Assembly (NCBI RefSeq): GCF_018977255.1
Contig: NW_024704752.1
Coordinates: forward strand, 11,780,001-11,844,000
Reading direction: 5' to 3'
Length of the DNA: 64,000 bases
Origin: Callorhinchus milii
Taxonomy: Eukaryota
Shown here: in pieces, positions 12,370-26,858 of the stretch
Layout of the letters: every line of letters begins with the position of its first letter
How positions within the stretch are numbered: position 1 is the stretch's first letter
Translations under genes and position numbers: made by a program
Notes under the pieces: generated by a model
Database searches by the model: none
What the model saw: the letters and a program-made list of their open reading frames with translations, nothing else
What the model was told of the DNA's origin: nothing

Positions 12370-15132
12370 GAATACCTTATCTCAGTGCAGGTTCAGTTTT
12401 GTTCAGAGCAGAAATTCGTGATGTGCGACAAGACAAGATGGACAAAAAAGTTGACTGTAGAAGAATTGTATTCTTACGAAGTGCACCCACTCACTTGCTG
12501 CTTGCATCCACCCCTACGTTAGACCTTTCGAAAACAATACCAAAATATTAATGCGCCCCATGATCTTCACATTTTGGCCATTTAATAAAAAATATAAGGC
12601 TGGTTATAGGTGAATTATCTGCTGAATTATAAGGCTGTAAACTCGTGCTGAAATTCAAATGATGGTAATATTGATGTCTGACTGCCTCGACAAGATTACT
12701 GCCTTGATTAGGGAGTCTGGATTTTCATGCGTATTAAACTAATTTTATAATTATTTTAATGCCCTGGATATGTTATAACAAGAACAATGAGAATAGAATT
12801 CAAGGGTGTGTTGGACTGACGTGACTTGCAATGGTATCTTTAATTAGCATTCCATCTTCTCTCTCAGGAGCCTTATAATTAGCCATCATCTCTGCAGCCA
12901 TTGTCCACTCACCCTCTCTAACAAAATGGGTGACTGAAATTTATAGCCAGACCTGTCACTTTCAACTCACGCTTCCTCTCTAAACTACCAGGGTAAAACT
13001 GAAAGCCATTTTTCCAGCTTCTGTGTCTTCGTACCTTTTTTTTCCTCTCCCTCTTCACAAAGCAGAACATCTTCAGTCATGTAGAATGGCTCAAAGTGAC
13101 ACCTCTTGTTGCAGATAGAATCTATGCATCTCATTGGTAATCCAAAATAAATCTGTTTCTTGGATGGTCGGTTTTTTCTTTTGCTTCATTTGCTTTTCAT
13201 TAACTTTTATCCATTTCATGGGTTTTACTTTACTCTATACCTTAATTTCCACTGTTATTTCCAGACTTATTCCATGAATTCAGTCACTACACGTGACAGT
13301 AATCACCGCTGCAGTGCTTTGAGACTTCTTGCAATAAAAATGGAAGCACTTTCTCCCATTATTATTTCTCTCCTTATCTCTTCAGCTCTTTTGTTGTCCC
13401 ATCATATACCTCTACCCAGACTCAGATCTGGGGTTAACTCATTGACACAAGCACACTGCTGCGAGTGATCGCAGTGAAGAACAATGCTCCTCTCCAACCT
13501 ACTCTCCAGCCAAATTATGATCACTTTGTGCTGCCAACTCACAGCCACTGAAGATTGCACTGACTGGCTGAATCACTTCACTTAGGTCCTTACAGTCAGC
13601 CATCAGAAAGAAGTTACATTCATTCCATCAGTCCGACAATTCAGTAAATATTAGAATCCCTAAGAGACGAGATGCTGCCAATTCATAAAAGCAATTTCAC
13701 ATTGTTCCAATTATCTTTGAGAAATAGCATTTCGAACATTTTTCAACAGGATTGAAATACGAGTTCTAAAACTTGTGGACCACAAAATCAGTTTTGACAT
13801 AAATATTTCCGAATCGTTTCAAAATCACCTTTAATATTATCCCACTTTTGCTTTCCTCAAGAGAAAAAATCCTGCCAGTTATCAATGCATCCCCTGCTGG
13901 TGCTGAGATCCACAGTGTTTTTGTTTGTTCTGTTTTATGACATGGGTGATATGATATGTAATTTTCAAGAGTGTTGGAATCCAACAGTTCTATCGTAAGT
14001 GGGTATTTTATCTTACAGGGAGTAAGTGGTGAGAAGGGGATAAACGTGCCTTGTGATTTCTTTTACACATGAATTAGTTGGTAATTGTCTAACAGAAATA
14101 TTATGGTCAAGATCACTACACTCGAGTTGGTTCAAATGCAAAGGAAACCTTTCATTTGTTTGTATTGATAAAAAAGGTATGAAAGCATTGCTTTACAAAA
14201 TTGATTTACATGACTCAGTTTAAGAACTATCAAGTATGTGTTATCCAAAACCTGCTGAATGAGACTACATCTACCTTTGGCTATTTGGACAGCTGCATTG
14301 ACATGTGAGACTCTGTAGATAACAGCACCATTTAAAAAATGTACCGTGTGTGCGTTTTGAATTCCTGTGGATCAATTCTAAGAACTCACATCTCATTCTC
14401 CCTAGCTACGCGGGGAGTGAGCCTCTGGGAGATCCAGACGATAGATCATCCAGATTATAAGACTCGAATATCATCACGATTGGATTGTTAGGTTTTATCA
14501 CCAGATTTTGCAATTGGGAATAGTCAATGGAATTTAAATTTTTTTTAAATTAAGAGTGGGTTAAGAAACATTGCTCTACATTCTGGAAGCTTTAAGGATC
14601 ATGGACAAAACATTGCCAAAATTGCATGGGACTTTTGGTCTGATTTCAGAAAAATGAACGTATCTTCTTTCGTTCTTGTTTATTTAAAACTCTTCTTGCT
14701 ATTCCATCACCAGTTCTTATGCAACTCCCTTCTGGTTTGTTTAATTTTCCAAAAACTGATGTGTTGTTAATGATTGATTACCTTCCAGTTGCTGCACTTG
14801 ATGCACAATTATATCATCTCAGAGAGGTAAGATGCAGAGTAGGGTAAAAAAGAAAACAAACGTTTCTTAACAGAAATATACTGTCATAGAAGTTTATGGT
14901 ACAAAAGACTGAGCTCCGAGTTTTCCTCTCCTGGCCTTTTCTAACCACTACTGTGTGACCTTGAGTACCTATGTAGAACCATAAGTACAAGCCAGTGTTT
15001 CACTAACTTGTAACAAGATTCATGAGGCATCCGCCATTGTACCAGGCAACCAACAGCACAGATCTATATAACAAGCCAAGCTTTAACTAACAAGATGCTG
15101 GAAATGTTTCAAAGTCTCAGGTTAATCGTACT

Positions 15133-15370
15133 AATCCTTGCATTTGATACAGTGCCTTATTGTGTTGACGAGACATGAAGCCTTATCAAAGCACGTCACA
15201 GGCTATACTGTAAAGTGTATTTGTGGATAAAACTGCAGCAGCCAATTTGCGCACAGCAATGTCCCACAAACAGCCATGGAGTTGGTGACCAATTTTACCT
15301 GGGGGATTTGTTGGCCAGAACACTGGGAGATACTCATCCGAAGGACAGCACCTCCGACAATGCAACACAC
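15133..15370 (-). mobile_element. Deu-domain SINE
   Basis: aatccttgcatttgata tail; gcagccaatttgcgcacagcaatgtcccacaaacagccatg (Deu core); ttgttggccagaacactgggaga. Confidence 0.8.
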
Positions 15371-16714
15371 AATTCTTAGCATGAGGTGTAGGGTGCTGAG
15401 GTGCTCACCATAGAATATCAACAAATCTTTAGACATGGAACATACCCAATGCGACTGAAGGTGAGCAACATATAATTTGTTGCAAAGAAGTTCTAATGGG
15501 TGTAGATTAAACAATTTATTATTTCCATCTCAGTTCAGAGTCAAGCATTACTGGGAATATTTCAAGCGAGAGTAATCCTTGAGCTATATAATTAGGCCCA
15601 AAAAACAATCCCTCTTTCATTTGCCTGCGTGGCTGTTCAGTATGGAAGTTTTCAATGACAATTACTTACACAATGGGATTGAACATGCAGGGTGCTTGTG
15701 CATGAAGAAAAACTGCTGTCAACTGAAAAATGGTCCCCTCTTTGCAAAGAGTAACTATGGTAAGTTAAGACACAACATGTTCTGACATCCGATACCCGTG
15801 GATGGAAAATGAGCTACAAATTATCAGTTAGAACGAAGCATTGCTCTCATCGGATTTATTGAAGCACTTGACAATAAACTCTATATGCTATTCTCTTTCA
15901 GGTCAGCTATAACATTAATGGTATTTATACCAATTTTTGGAAGATAAAAACAACAGCTAGATGCAGAAATTAGGTACCAAATTATTTCTGGGGAGTTTTG
16001 TAGCTGGTTTCAAATTGCAATATGGTATTTCTGGCTAAATTTTACAGACTGGAACTTGGAGATTAATTCTCAAACATTTATGCTTTGTCATTTATGCCCC
16101 CTTTTAAGTTTCTGATTCCAGTCTTGACAACTGAAACTTGAACCAGTGTTTTTTTTTACCATTTTTATCCTTTTGTATCAAATATTCAAATATGAAATAG
16201 CAGATAGTGAGGAAAGCCCCAGAACCTTGTGCCCAGGTTACAGTCCAGAATGGGTCCGATTCCAACCAACATACACTATACCGAGTTAGATATAAATATT
16301 AGACGATGATTTATTTAAGAGAGGTGGGAGATGGAGTATTCCAGAAGAATGAGAGAAACAATTCGAACATGAAAATAGTGAATAAGGAGGTCAGGATTAA
16401 GACCAGACATTCCAAACTCCTATCTCCTCTCCCTCTGAAGTACACAGGCTTTAAAACATTAGTCCAGCCTCACCAGACTACTATTTCTGATTTTTCTTTA
16501 CATTCTCCTGCTATTTACAACCTTCATCATTTTATAAATAGAAAAATAAAACTAAGAAGGCCCTAGCTCTGCAAGATTAGCTAAATTTAGCTGAGGTGAT
16601 GGTAAGAGTAGCTAAAATGGATTCCAGTGTCCTGGACCAGAGATGGACAGTAAAATGAAGAGAATACACAATGCTCATAAGACTTCAAAAAAGGTATGGC
16701 ACAGGGCAGAAGGT

Positions 16715-16935
16715 TTGGTGCCATGCTCACAAAATACACAGTCAATTCACTTTACAGTATATTCTGTGAAGTGCTTGAGTTGCTTTCCACAACACTATGT
16801 CAAATACAAGTATTATTATTAATTATTTTTAACTATCAAATGCAAGGATTATTATTATAATGATGATATGTTACCCTGGAACGTTACCTTGCGTGAGGGG
16901 CACGACACAAATGCAAGTTGTTGTTGTTATTGTTA
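16715..16935 (+). mobile_element. SINE 3' end with a doubled tail, followed by a separate L2-type tail
   Basis: cagtcaattcactttacagtatattctgtgaagtgc; two tcaaat.caag.attattatt tails; then ...acaaatgcaagttgttgttg. Confidence 0.7.
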
Positions 16936-17539
16936 TCCTAAAACCCCACTGAATTCACAGTCATTTGGGGTTGGCTTTCACTTAAGTGCATAGTCATGGG
17001 TGTGAAGATCTGTCCAATCTGAGAAGTGCAGCTCCTCAAAATGATTGACAGAGGGACAGTCATAACAACTGCGGCCCAAACTATTCCACCTTCCAAGCCA
17101 AAAGAAGGATGACAAGCGATGATAAACCCACAAAAAAATATTTGGAGACACCTTCCCTTTAAGGGGAAAGATCAAAAATACTCCCAAGTTCCAAAAAAAG
17201 GTAAACAACCCGAAAACTGGAAGAGATGTAAAAATATATGTGCTCCCATTCATGGAACTTCTCCAGCTGGAACTTCTGTAGAGCTAATATTTTGACATAA
17301 ATTTTCTGGAAAAGTCTGACCCTACTTTACGCAGAAACATTCCAGTTTCTGCCATAATTGCTGCTTGACGGAAACAAGGAATCCTAAAATATGAGTCCAG
17401 CAGTTTAACTAACATTCAGATCAAAAATAAATTATTCCAGCTTGCTTAAAGGAGTTTTTCTTAAACTAGCTGTAAATACGAAATGAGGTCAACTTCTATC
17501 AGTGGGTTAGCAGAAAAGCATTGTCCACGTGAGGAGTGA

Positions 17540-17660
17540 ATAATAATAATAATATAATAATCCTTGCATTTGATATTGCAAATTATCACATTGTTGAGAT
17601 GTCTCAAAGCGCTTCACGGGATACATTGTGAAATATATTGACTGTGTGTTTGGTGGGCCT
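17540..17660 (-). mobile_element. SINE 3' tail fragment
   Basis: (taa)n tccttgcatttgatat...gagatgtctcaaagcgcttcac. Confidence 0.75.
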
Positions 17661-18077
17661 TTCTCTAGTGCTGTGGTGCACACATCTGACATCTATTGGA
17701 AAGCAATGCATCCCTTCAGTATTATTACATTACAGGGCAAAACACCGACATGCTGACTCTGCTATATTAGAGGATAATGCAGCCCTTCTATATTACATAG
17801 AAAGTAAAACAGTCAATTTAATTTAGAACTGTACCATGTCAGACAATGGAACTCGGCTGATTATTATTTTGTTTTGCCAAAGCAAAAGCTAATTACACTT
17901 GAGGTCAAATCTAATTCAATCAAACTCCGATGAGCTGTAATTATTTGTTTTAAGTGGCTGACTTTCACTGATGTGTTTATTCATTGTGGGAGCCAGTTTG
18001 CCGGGCAGTCCATTCTACAGTTGTGCAAAACAACTGCACTTCAAACTTGGTTTGGAGTTTAAACCTGCTAAAAATTA

Positions 18078-18310
18078 GTCATAATAATCCTTGCATTTGA
18101 TATAGGGCCTTATCGTGTCTTTGTGCAGTCTCAAAGCGCTTTCAGAATATACTGCAAAGTGAATTGACTGTATATTTTGTGGGTAAAAGTTGGCAGCCAG
18201 TTGCGCACAGCAGTGTCCCACAAACAGTCGTGGAATGAGTAACCAATTTTTTTTAAAGGAATTATTACTCCCGGAAAAGCAATCCACCAATCGACTAACA
18301 ACCGGGTTCC
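18078..18310 (-). mobile_element. Young SINE (long subfamily), 5'-truncated
   Basis: Tail, Deu core and ggaattattactcccggaaaagcaatccaccaatcgactaacaaccgggttcc are shared with 31879-32255. Confidence 0.85.
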
Positions 18311-19714
18311 TAATTAATTAATCAATTAAGCTGAAAACTGCAGGAACCACTTCTGTTGTATCAAATAAAACTAAAAGTAAGAAAAAAAATCATGAAGGAT
18401 CTTTTTGTGTTTAATTTGAATGCTGTCTTTCTGAATTTATAACAAACTGAGACAACTGAGAAAGAAAGTGCAGTGACTGGCCAGACACAAAGTGACACAT
18501 GTTGAGATCCAGGTTCAACTTTAACAAGTGCTGAGATGATTTACCAGAACCTTGGAACCTATAAAGGCTTTTAAGACCTTTTTGGGAATACAGGGAAGAT
18601 GTGCAGTCCAGTGCTGCAAATCTTGCAGGGTTCCACTTTCAGCAAATTGATGGGAATCTTCAATATAGCAAGAAAGAGCCAAAACATGCCACAGATAATA
18701 ATTATTATTTCAGGCCTTTAGAATCTTGTAAGAAAACATGTAACAAGGGAAAACAGTTTGGCTCATCAAGTCTGATTCAATATCACGCACACAAAATCTA
18801 CCATATAGCAGGCTGTTCCTCTCCACCAACACACACACGCACACATATCTGATCTACCTTCTGAAGGAAAGCTCTGCAGAGACACTCCCTGAGTCCCAAA
18901 AGCAACAAGCAAAACTTCCAGACAATTCACCTATTGATGTGTCTTCCTCATTCAACCCTGGCTTATACATATTTCCTCTCCCACCCCAGCAGCATAGAAA
19001 TCACTGTACCATATTGGACTATGGCCAACAACATGATAAGGCACAATATGAAATGCAAGCATTATTATTATATTTCCTCAGCTGCCCAAGCAAGATATTG
19101 AGATTCCCTCCCCTTTGCTGTAATATTCCAACAATGTGGAGTACAAGCTGTACATGTGAGAAACATTGAGTACTGTCGACCCTTTGAAGTGTTAGCAAAA
19201 TACTTTCATTTATAAAAAAGGAATTGTTGCAAAAAAGATGGCAAATTTAAGAGGCATTCAGTTGACAATGAATGAATGCATTGTGGAGTTTGGGTTTTGA
19301 AAGTCAGTGAGTGGTTTGAAAGGTACATTTCTTCAAAAGGAAGGAGCCTTGAAGTCTAGCCCACGTACAGTATTTGGTATGAATCCACATCAATAAATAG
19401 ACTGTACACTGATGGGCACCTAAGGCAGAGAACTTTAAAAGCCCCAGGTTCAAATATGGCAGCTCTAAAATTTACATTATCCTTAACATTGCCTTCAACT
19501 CTACAAAATTCAACTAATTGTTGTCATATAAATTAGTTCAAAATAAAATGCTGGCATATATATCACGCTATATAGGAAAAATACCAGGACAAAAAAAATC
19601 ACAATATGTAAAGATCCACTTTTCCATCAGGAAAACCATTGCTGGACATCCAGCATCATAGACACATAGGCAGAGAATGTTCCTATAATGATGCATATTT
19701 ATATATTATAGATC

Positions 19715-19852
19715 TAAATGGTCACTCAATCCACAATTGGCTGCCGAGTTTCACCCACAAAATATACAGTCAATTCACGTGTAGTATATTCTGTGAAGCG
19801 CTTTGATACATATGAAGATGTGATAAGGCGCTATATGCAAGAATTATTATTA
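19715..19852 (+). mobile_element. SINE 3' part
   Basis: aattggctgccg..tttcacccacaaaatatacagtcaattcac...ctgtgaagcgctttg...gtgataaggcgctatatgcaag. Confidence 0.8.
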
Positions 19853-20439
19853 GAAAGGCAAAAAGCTAGTAACCAATCATTCTCACAGTGCTTTGCTTGG
19901 ACATGGCACAGAAATTTAAGAAAGGAAACAGATGCAGAAATGGCATTGGACCATGTTACCAAATCCATATTCAACAGAACTAAAAACTCCAATTAACATA
20001 CACAAGTTCAAAGTGTTTGGACAATTGTATTCCCCCCTCAAATCTCTTAAAGAGAAACTTGTGACTATTTTACAAATGACATGAGTTCTCTGCAAGTGTT
20101 TTTTTTTGCAGAATTACATGGTCCCTTTTAAAAACATTGCTGTAAAGAGTTTCTTATGATATAATAATTAGATAATAATATACAATACAAGAAGGCAGGC
20201 CTCTGTATATTTGGGATGGTTTACCACTCGATAGACAGCTCTAGGATGTGGTGTCACCTCTCTCTAAAGTTAGACTTGCCATCACTGTTGATGGAGACAA
20301 ATTTACTCAAAATTCATTGTTTATCAAATGTTTTACTACTGTCCTGTGTAAGTCATGAACCTTTCAAGACAGAATCATGTGTTCACAGTCCTAGTCCTAA
20401 TACTGAAGGTTCTATGTCATAAATTTTTCTGGAACTCAC

Positions 20440-20720
20440 ATATCCTGTTTCCAACAGGCAAAGCTCAATGATCTCACAGAGTACTGGGTAGTTGATGTAT
20501 GTTCTGGCATATGGGAGGGCTGGGACACTGTGTAGTGATCAGGAGTGGCATCCTGCGATCCTAATTGTCCCCCTACTTAATTCAGGAGTGTTCGGTTCAA
20601 TGGCACTTCACTGCTCTAACTGGTCTCCTGGCTGAGATCCACTAGCTCAGCACAGATCAAAATAAAAGCCACAGCCTTTTGGGTCTGTGTGGCTCAGTTT
20701 CACACAAGGAAGCTTATTTA
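20440..20720 (-). mobile_element. Family A SINE, degraded
   Basis: cactgtgtagtgatcaggagtgg...ctggctgagatccactagctcagcacagatc...ggtctgtgtggctcagt. Confidence 0.6.
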
Positions 20721-20857
20721 TCAATAGGGAACTTGATTGTTGCATTTATTTTCTTTGTTGCAAATTTCTGGTGCCAATTTCAGAAGCAGACAAAATATCA
20801 TAGTCCATAGTATGAATTACACAGGTACAAATCAATGTAGAACTGATTTCCATTCCA

Positions 20858-20904
20858 TTATTGGTAATAATAATAATAAATAATAAATAAATAATAAATA
20901 ATAA
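20858..20904. repeat. (TAA/TAAA)n low-complexity run
   Basis: taataataataataaataataaataaataataaataataat. Confidence 0.9.
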
Positions 20905-21130
20905 TGCTGGGTTTGATTCCCAGCAGGGTGAAACCTTGGGCAAGTTTCCTTACTCCACAAGCCTGATAATAATCCCTCACGAAAAAAACAACAATAATTT
21001 GGTCACTCAATCCACGATTGATCCATGTTTGTGGGATGCTGCTGTGCTCAATTGACTGCCGCATTTCGCCCACAATTATACAGTCAATTCACTTTACAGT
21101 ATATTCTGTGAAGCACTTTGAGACGTCTTG
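20905..21130 (+). mobile_element. Young SINE (short subfamily), A-box lost
   Basis: gggtttgattcccagcagggtgaaaccttgggcaagtttccttactccaca-agcctgataataatccctc...Deu core...ctgtgaagcactttgagacgtc; colinear with 63081-63397. Confidence 0.85.
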
Positions 21131-21881
21131 AAAATGTATGTAAAATCATTTGTAGGCAGGGCTGAAAATAGATGCAACAAGTCATAATCCCAAAATGGAT
21201 TCCGAAGCTTGAACGTAATGGAGAGTTTTGGCAAACGTTCAATAATGCACAATCTGACATGACCTTTCCCTGTGCTTGTACATCATGCAGTAATTAGCAC
21301 TGGAACATTCTGTCTCAACATTTTTGATATAATGCTTTAACAGAAGCAAAACGTGCCCTTTTACCTGTAAGTAATGCTAGATGACTGAGCTGGCACCCTG
21401 AATGCCGATTCTCAGAGAGAACTGAATGGTGGCTATTCACTGTCTGCTCCATTTTTCTTTTCAAGTGTAACCAGATCTTGGTGGAATATATAAGGATATA
21501 ACACTGCTCTGGTATGCCCATATTTCCTTGCACGTAATTAGTTTTTTTTACTCTCTCCAATCCTAAAGGCAGTGACTCATGCTGGCATTTTGTCCGCCCT
21601 AAAAATTCTTCCCCTATCCTTAAATGACCATTCTTCATGGGTGAGCCTTGACAGTGAATATTAAAAGCCAATGTATCACCTCAGAATTAGATCCTGTTCT
21701 CACCCGATGTGCACGTGCACACACAGAACTTCAAGCTGAGCAATTGAGCACAGCAATAATCAGGAGCAGATTTTCCCTTCCCCAGACCATGGAGTGCTGC
21801 GATCACGTGTCTTGTATATAGACTGAAGAAATGGTTCATTTCCCTTTGAGCAGGGATGATAAACACAAGCCTCAAGTAGTC

Positions 21882-21982
21882 AATTTTTTTTAAAAAAAAC
21901 CTTGTCCTCATCAAGAAACACAATAGCAAGAGCTCCCTTGGGGTCTGACCCATAAACAAATTAATATGTGACTATAACTTTG
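21882..21982 (+). repeat. Unclassified ~100-bp dispersed repeat, copy 1
   Basis: atcaagaaacacaatagcaagagctcccttggggtctgacccataaacaaattaata closely matches 32279-32375. Confidence 0.8.
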
Positions 21983-22364
21983 TGTAAAATCAGGCTTTAG
22001 ACCTATCTTACTGGAACGCTTTTTTTTAAAGATAATAAGAGGATTTTCCACTTCTTGTTACTACGTGTGACTTTTTGCATTTCTGTCTCTTCACTGGAGC
22101 CTATTTGTAAAGAAGAATTTCCTGAAGTCCTCAAGATCTTCTTGAAATAGTCTTTTATGGGATGGAAGGGATGCATCACAATATTTTGAGATCACAGACA
22201 GAAAGTTGGGGAATCTTTGGGAGTCTATTTATTGCCCAGTAATTTCAACTGCGTTTTTGTGCCTGAAACATCTCAGTATTCACTTTTGGGGAACATTTCC
22301 ACAGCCTCGTTGCAGTGGTCTGGATCCTACCCTTTCTAGGTATGTTTGAAAATGAAATGTTAAC

Positions 22365-22497
22365 TTGCTGTTGCGTTTCACCCACAAAATAGAGAGTCAA
22401 ACCACTTTACAGTATATCCTATAAAGCTCTTTGAGACAGCTCACCAATGTGATAAGGCCCTTCATCAAGCACAAGGAGTATTATTATTATTATTATT
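22365..22497 (+). mobile_element. SINE 3' part
   Basis: gcgtttcacccacaaaatagagagtcaa..cactttacagtatat...gtgataaggccc...(att)n. Confidence 0.75.
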
Positions 22498-24689
22498 TCC
22501 ACAGGAGTTGTGTGTGCACTGCGTCCCACAGTTGGCTTCAGTCAAGTGAAGAAGTGAAAGGATTCAATATACGGCAGTATCCAACAAACTAAAAGATGGT
22601 TAAGACTTCCAACTAACGTGGCAGTGAGCCATCATGACAAATCCAATAATTTACAACAGGGGAAAGAAAAATTCTCACAAGATCATTTCTAGATAATTGC
22701 AAGTTGGAAAGTCTTATTTGTTCCTCAAAAGAATTTATTGTGTCCAGCTGCCAGAAAGCTTAGTAAGAATTCTCCATTTAGTGTATTGGAAAACATGCAA
22801 TAAAGAACAGAAAAATACAATCCAATACTAAAAGAAGCTTGCGGTTGTATCCAGTTAATTAAAGTCAAAAAAATTCATCTGCCTCAATGATTGTTTTAAG
22901 TGGGCCCAACTCCAAAAAGCATTTGGCATCCGGCACCAGAAATGTAGAACGGTCATCAGAGCGACAATATAGTTTCTAAGAAAATAACCATGACATTTTG
23001 AAGAGGTTGGACCATCTGGTTCTAATATTAAACTGCTCAAACGTTAATAGAACAAATTTCTAAGTATTTGTGCACCTTGGCAGTGAGGTAGTGTAACCTT
23101 GAGGGAAATGGCTCACTTCCTCTCAGATGTTTGTTAAACGCCAATGATTAGCAATTAAATATTCACACTTCTTCAGAAATATTGTCAGTTTATCCCAAAT
23201 ACTCATGTGTGCTTCTGATCGCAATCATAGGACTTAGAGTCAACATATGCAATTATATGTTTTTCAAAGGATATAATGCATGGGGGAAGAATGTATAAAA
23301 CAAAGGTCCAGGGACACGGATGATGTCAAACTATAGTTTTTAGTGCACACAACATTCACTTCTCTTACAGTGGCTCAATCAGCTGAGCCTTGATCTCATG
23401 TATGCTGTCAGTTGGGACCGCAGTTAAACTTTTGAGATTTTCACCTTAGGTATGATTTAACCAGGCTGACTGACACCTGAATGATGCAAACTGAGACAGT
23501 AGGGCAAGTCCAATTTTCAGACTGGAATTCAGCTTTAGATGATCTGAACTCCATTTTAAAGTAATTTTGAGAGGATCATTTTTATTTTCCACTCGGGCTA
23601 CTCAAGTTTTCAGGAACTGAAAGTCGCAATGCTATTCACTTTCATTGGAATAAGCAGCTGCAACCATCAACCGATCAAACCACAAGCTACTTACAGATTC
23701 CAAATTTCTAAGGTGAATTAGCTCAACATGTTCGATCTATTCAATACATTCTAGATTTTCCTTTATTTCATATTTCACATATTGTGAAATGGTCACTCAA
23801 GTCCTTCCAACACTCTGAGATGCTGTCTGAGATACTTGTCAAATGAAACTTTTTGTTGTTGTAGTTCCTCCTGAAGAGTTTTACAAACAGTGTTAGCACT
23901 GTAATTTTATGCCGACGACATGTTTCGGACTTCTTTTGCTTTCATTCCATTTTGAATGTCAAAACTGTTTTTCAATCTTTTATTAAATACTTGAGGTATG
24001 GAAACAATTTTTCCAGTATTAGTACATAGTGACAGAACTGTTGAAACATGTGTTTGTGATGCAATTTTCCAGCTTTTTCCAAAGTATAGTGCCCTAGTGT
24101 TACAATTTATGTTTCAGAGGCTTTGCTGCCAACACACAGTTTCAAAGACTGTGAACCACGAAAACCTGAACAAAGATTCCATACAGACTTAAAATACATG
24201 AATGTGTTTAAAGGAGTAAAAAACGGTTCAATTTAATATTTAAAAACTCAACTTCATTGCAATTCATTGCTGTCCCCAGGCTAGAAAAGAAAAAGAAAAG
24301 TAACCTTGGTTTCTGTTCCTGATCATTATCCAAACACCTATATATATATCTATATAAATATATATATATTATAAGACGCTTTTGCATTGAGATATATATA
24401 TATACACACCTTGCCTTTCATGTTGGGATGCTATCTTAAAGGGCTCATAAGATTTTACTATAAAGAGCTTTGGAACATCCTCTCTACATGAAAGATGCTA
24501 TATAAATGCAAATTTGTATTGTATTGTATTTGCAGGTGAATATGACAGTAATGTCCCACAAACAGGCATAAAGTGAATGAACAATCTTATTTGGAGGTCA
24601 GAACACTGGGAGAAACTCCCTTCTACTGGAAAGTGTGAGAGTGTCCACATCAGGCTTAGTTGCATCAAAGTATTTCTCATATCCTGTAG

Positions 24690-24855
24690 GAACTCTGAGC
24701 AAGATACCCAAGTTTGTGCTTTGAGTCTATAGCCATCAGGAATTAGACTATTTTTTCTCTAACTCATTTCAACAGATAAAACCAACCCACAGATAAAGTA
24801 AACTTTCAGCGCGTCAGTATGGGCTTGATTCATACCCAAGTCCCAGAGATGGAGT
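24690..24855 (-). mobile_element. LF-SINE-like relic
   Basis: aactcatttca...cagat...actttca...tgggcttgattcatacccaagtcccagagatg resembles the reverse complement of the LF-SINE 5' half (tgaaatgagtt, gaaagt, gggttcgaatccagccca), compared from memory. Confidence 0.5.
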
Positions 24856-26574
24856 TTATCGAAGAGTAAGAAGTGGTTTTGCTGGTAGTCTATATGATAT
24901 ACCTACTACTCTATGGGAATTTTCGCAGAATATTTCACATTGGGACAAAGATTTTCTATTTTATGCTGATGAATTGTTCATCACTGTTATGCAAGATATA
25001 AATAAGATTTAAAACCTTATTCAATGTAATGTAATTCAACATGTAATTAAAAGCCTAATGTAGTGTAATTAAACATGCGGAGCTATAAACAAGTAGCCCA
25101 GGGCAGGAATACAACAACAACAAAATTTCACGTCTCGAGGACGTCTCAAAGCACTGGACAGTCAGGAGGACGGGGGCGAATCTTTGAAAGAAGTAATAGT
25201 GCCGTCCTGAACAGGAGGAATGTTCATGTCAGTGAACAGGATCTACAGTTCCTTCTTGCTGACAAAATGAGGAACAATGCTCTTTGGAGCTGGCACAATG
25301 TAAAATAAAAAAAAATCTCCTTAAAAGCACAGGCAAGGGTTGCCAGCTGGACAAGTGCCCTCTCAGAGGTGAAGAGAGAAAGAGTGAAACAAAGGATGGC
25401 TGGAGGGGGTGGGGGGTGGGGGTTTGAGATGTTTTACATGTTTTTTTGTTTGCCTCTCATCTTATGAAGGCACTGACTCATTCTGCAGCATACAATACAC
25501 TATAAATGACATTTGTATAGTGCGTTTCACATTGGGAGGAAATGAAAGGAGTATGGACTCATGTAGCGTTCCATAGATCCAATATGCTGGCTGTTATTTC
25601 ACATACGAGACATGCCAGTGAATTTTGGCAGAAAATTTGACCCTGAAAGAAAGGCAGGGGAGTAGAAGACGGGATTAGAACTTCAGTCTGGTCTCGTCTG
25701 ATGAGGGTCGCTAGATGACAAAAAGGAATGGGAACCTAAGTTGATTTTCCCTGTTCCCTAAACCATTTGCAACCTAGATGTGATTAACTAACTCAACGTA
25801 GTCCATGGACAGAGCTTTGGGCTCTCCTAGTCTTATTACTCAGCTACACACTCAAACTCATGGAACCATTGAGTAAGCTGGGCCAAAATGTTTCTTAGTT
25901 ATGACTAACTATTAATCAAATCTAGATCGAGGTCCACCCCTTGGTAAGATTCCTGACACAGCAAAGGAAGATAAAAAAAAAATTTATCCTTTGATTCCAA
26001 AGCATTATTACGATCTCCTGGCAACCTGGGAGAATATTAGATATGACCTGGGCCAATAGAAAAGTGCGACCGCATATTCTCCGCAGAATCCGTTATCAAC
26101 GCTGCACTACAAAACAGCTAAAAATGCAGTTTCTGGCATCACTTGCACGGTGCAAGTGGGAAATGAGCTTTGTTCTGCTCGGAGGCCTTTCATTTCCTAT
26201 CTGGTGCCAGTACTGGATTGTCTTGCAACACAACCTGATAAAATGTTTCAGTCCACAAGTGCAGACTGATGCCAAGTGACTGACACCTGGAGCGAAGGCA
26301 AGCTGGTACTGTTTGCAACGTTATTCCTAAAGAATTAACATTGTTCAAAACTACAGGAACAGATTCTAGTTTGATCGTGCCCATTTTCACATAACCATCA
26401 TTTATGAAATGGCATCTGGAACACAAAATCGAAAGAACACACAATTTCTGAATGTAAAAGTGGCACTTTAAAAGCAAAGCTGTGTCAGCACTGCTGCTTT
26501 TCATCCCTCCATGTCCAGAACATTTAGGCACCAAAAATGCATTGTTCTTAAAAACAAACAAACAATATGTATGC

Positions 26575-26858
26575 AACTGCCAGAGATCCTTGAGGACTTT
26601 ATTCTACTTTGGAAATGATCCTCACTTTGCACAGGAGAGAATAAAACATTGAAGTGTAAAACTGCATTTCTCCTTTACTGTTTGGGAAGTTAATAGTAAG
26701 CAGGACGAGTGCACAGATTGTGGGGAAGCCCAGAATGAGTTAGGTCAGGACGTTGTAGTTGGGGGAAAGATGCTGCTGAGAATATTTGTAAACCGTTGAA
26801 GTCCATGAGTTTTCTGTTCAGACGGTTGTTCCAATAGTGTCATTCACTCCATTTGGAC
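26575..26858 (-). CDS. Candidate terminal exon: coding part 26818-26858 ((G)PNGVNDTIGTTV* in phase 1), 3' UTR and poly(A) signal
   Basis: Acceptor aatctgttccccag|GTCC. AATAAA lies on the minus strand at 26598-26603, followed by GU-rich ttgtttgtttgttttt (26550-26565). Confidence 0.45.

Noticed and set aside
26140-26158. Perfect 9-bp-arm palindrome cacttgcac-g-gtgcaagtg
   Set aside because: Short and not extendable; one such palindrome in 64 kb is not clearly beyond chance.
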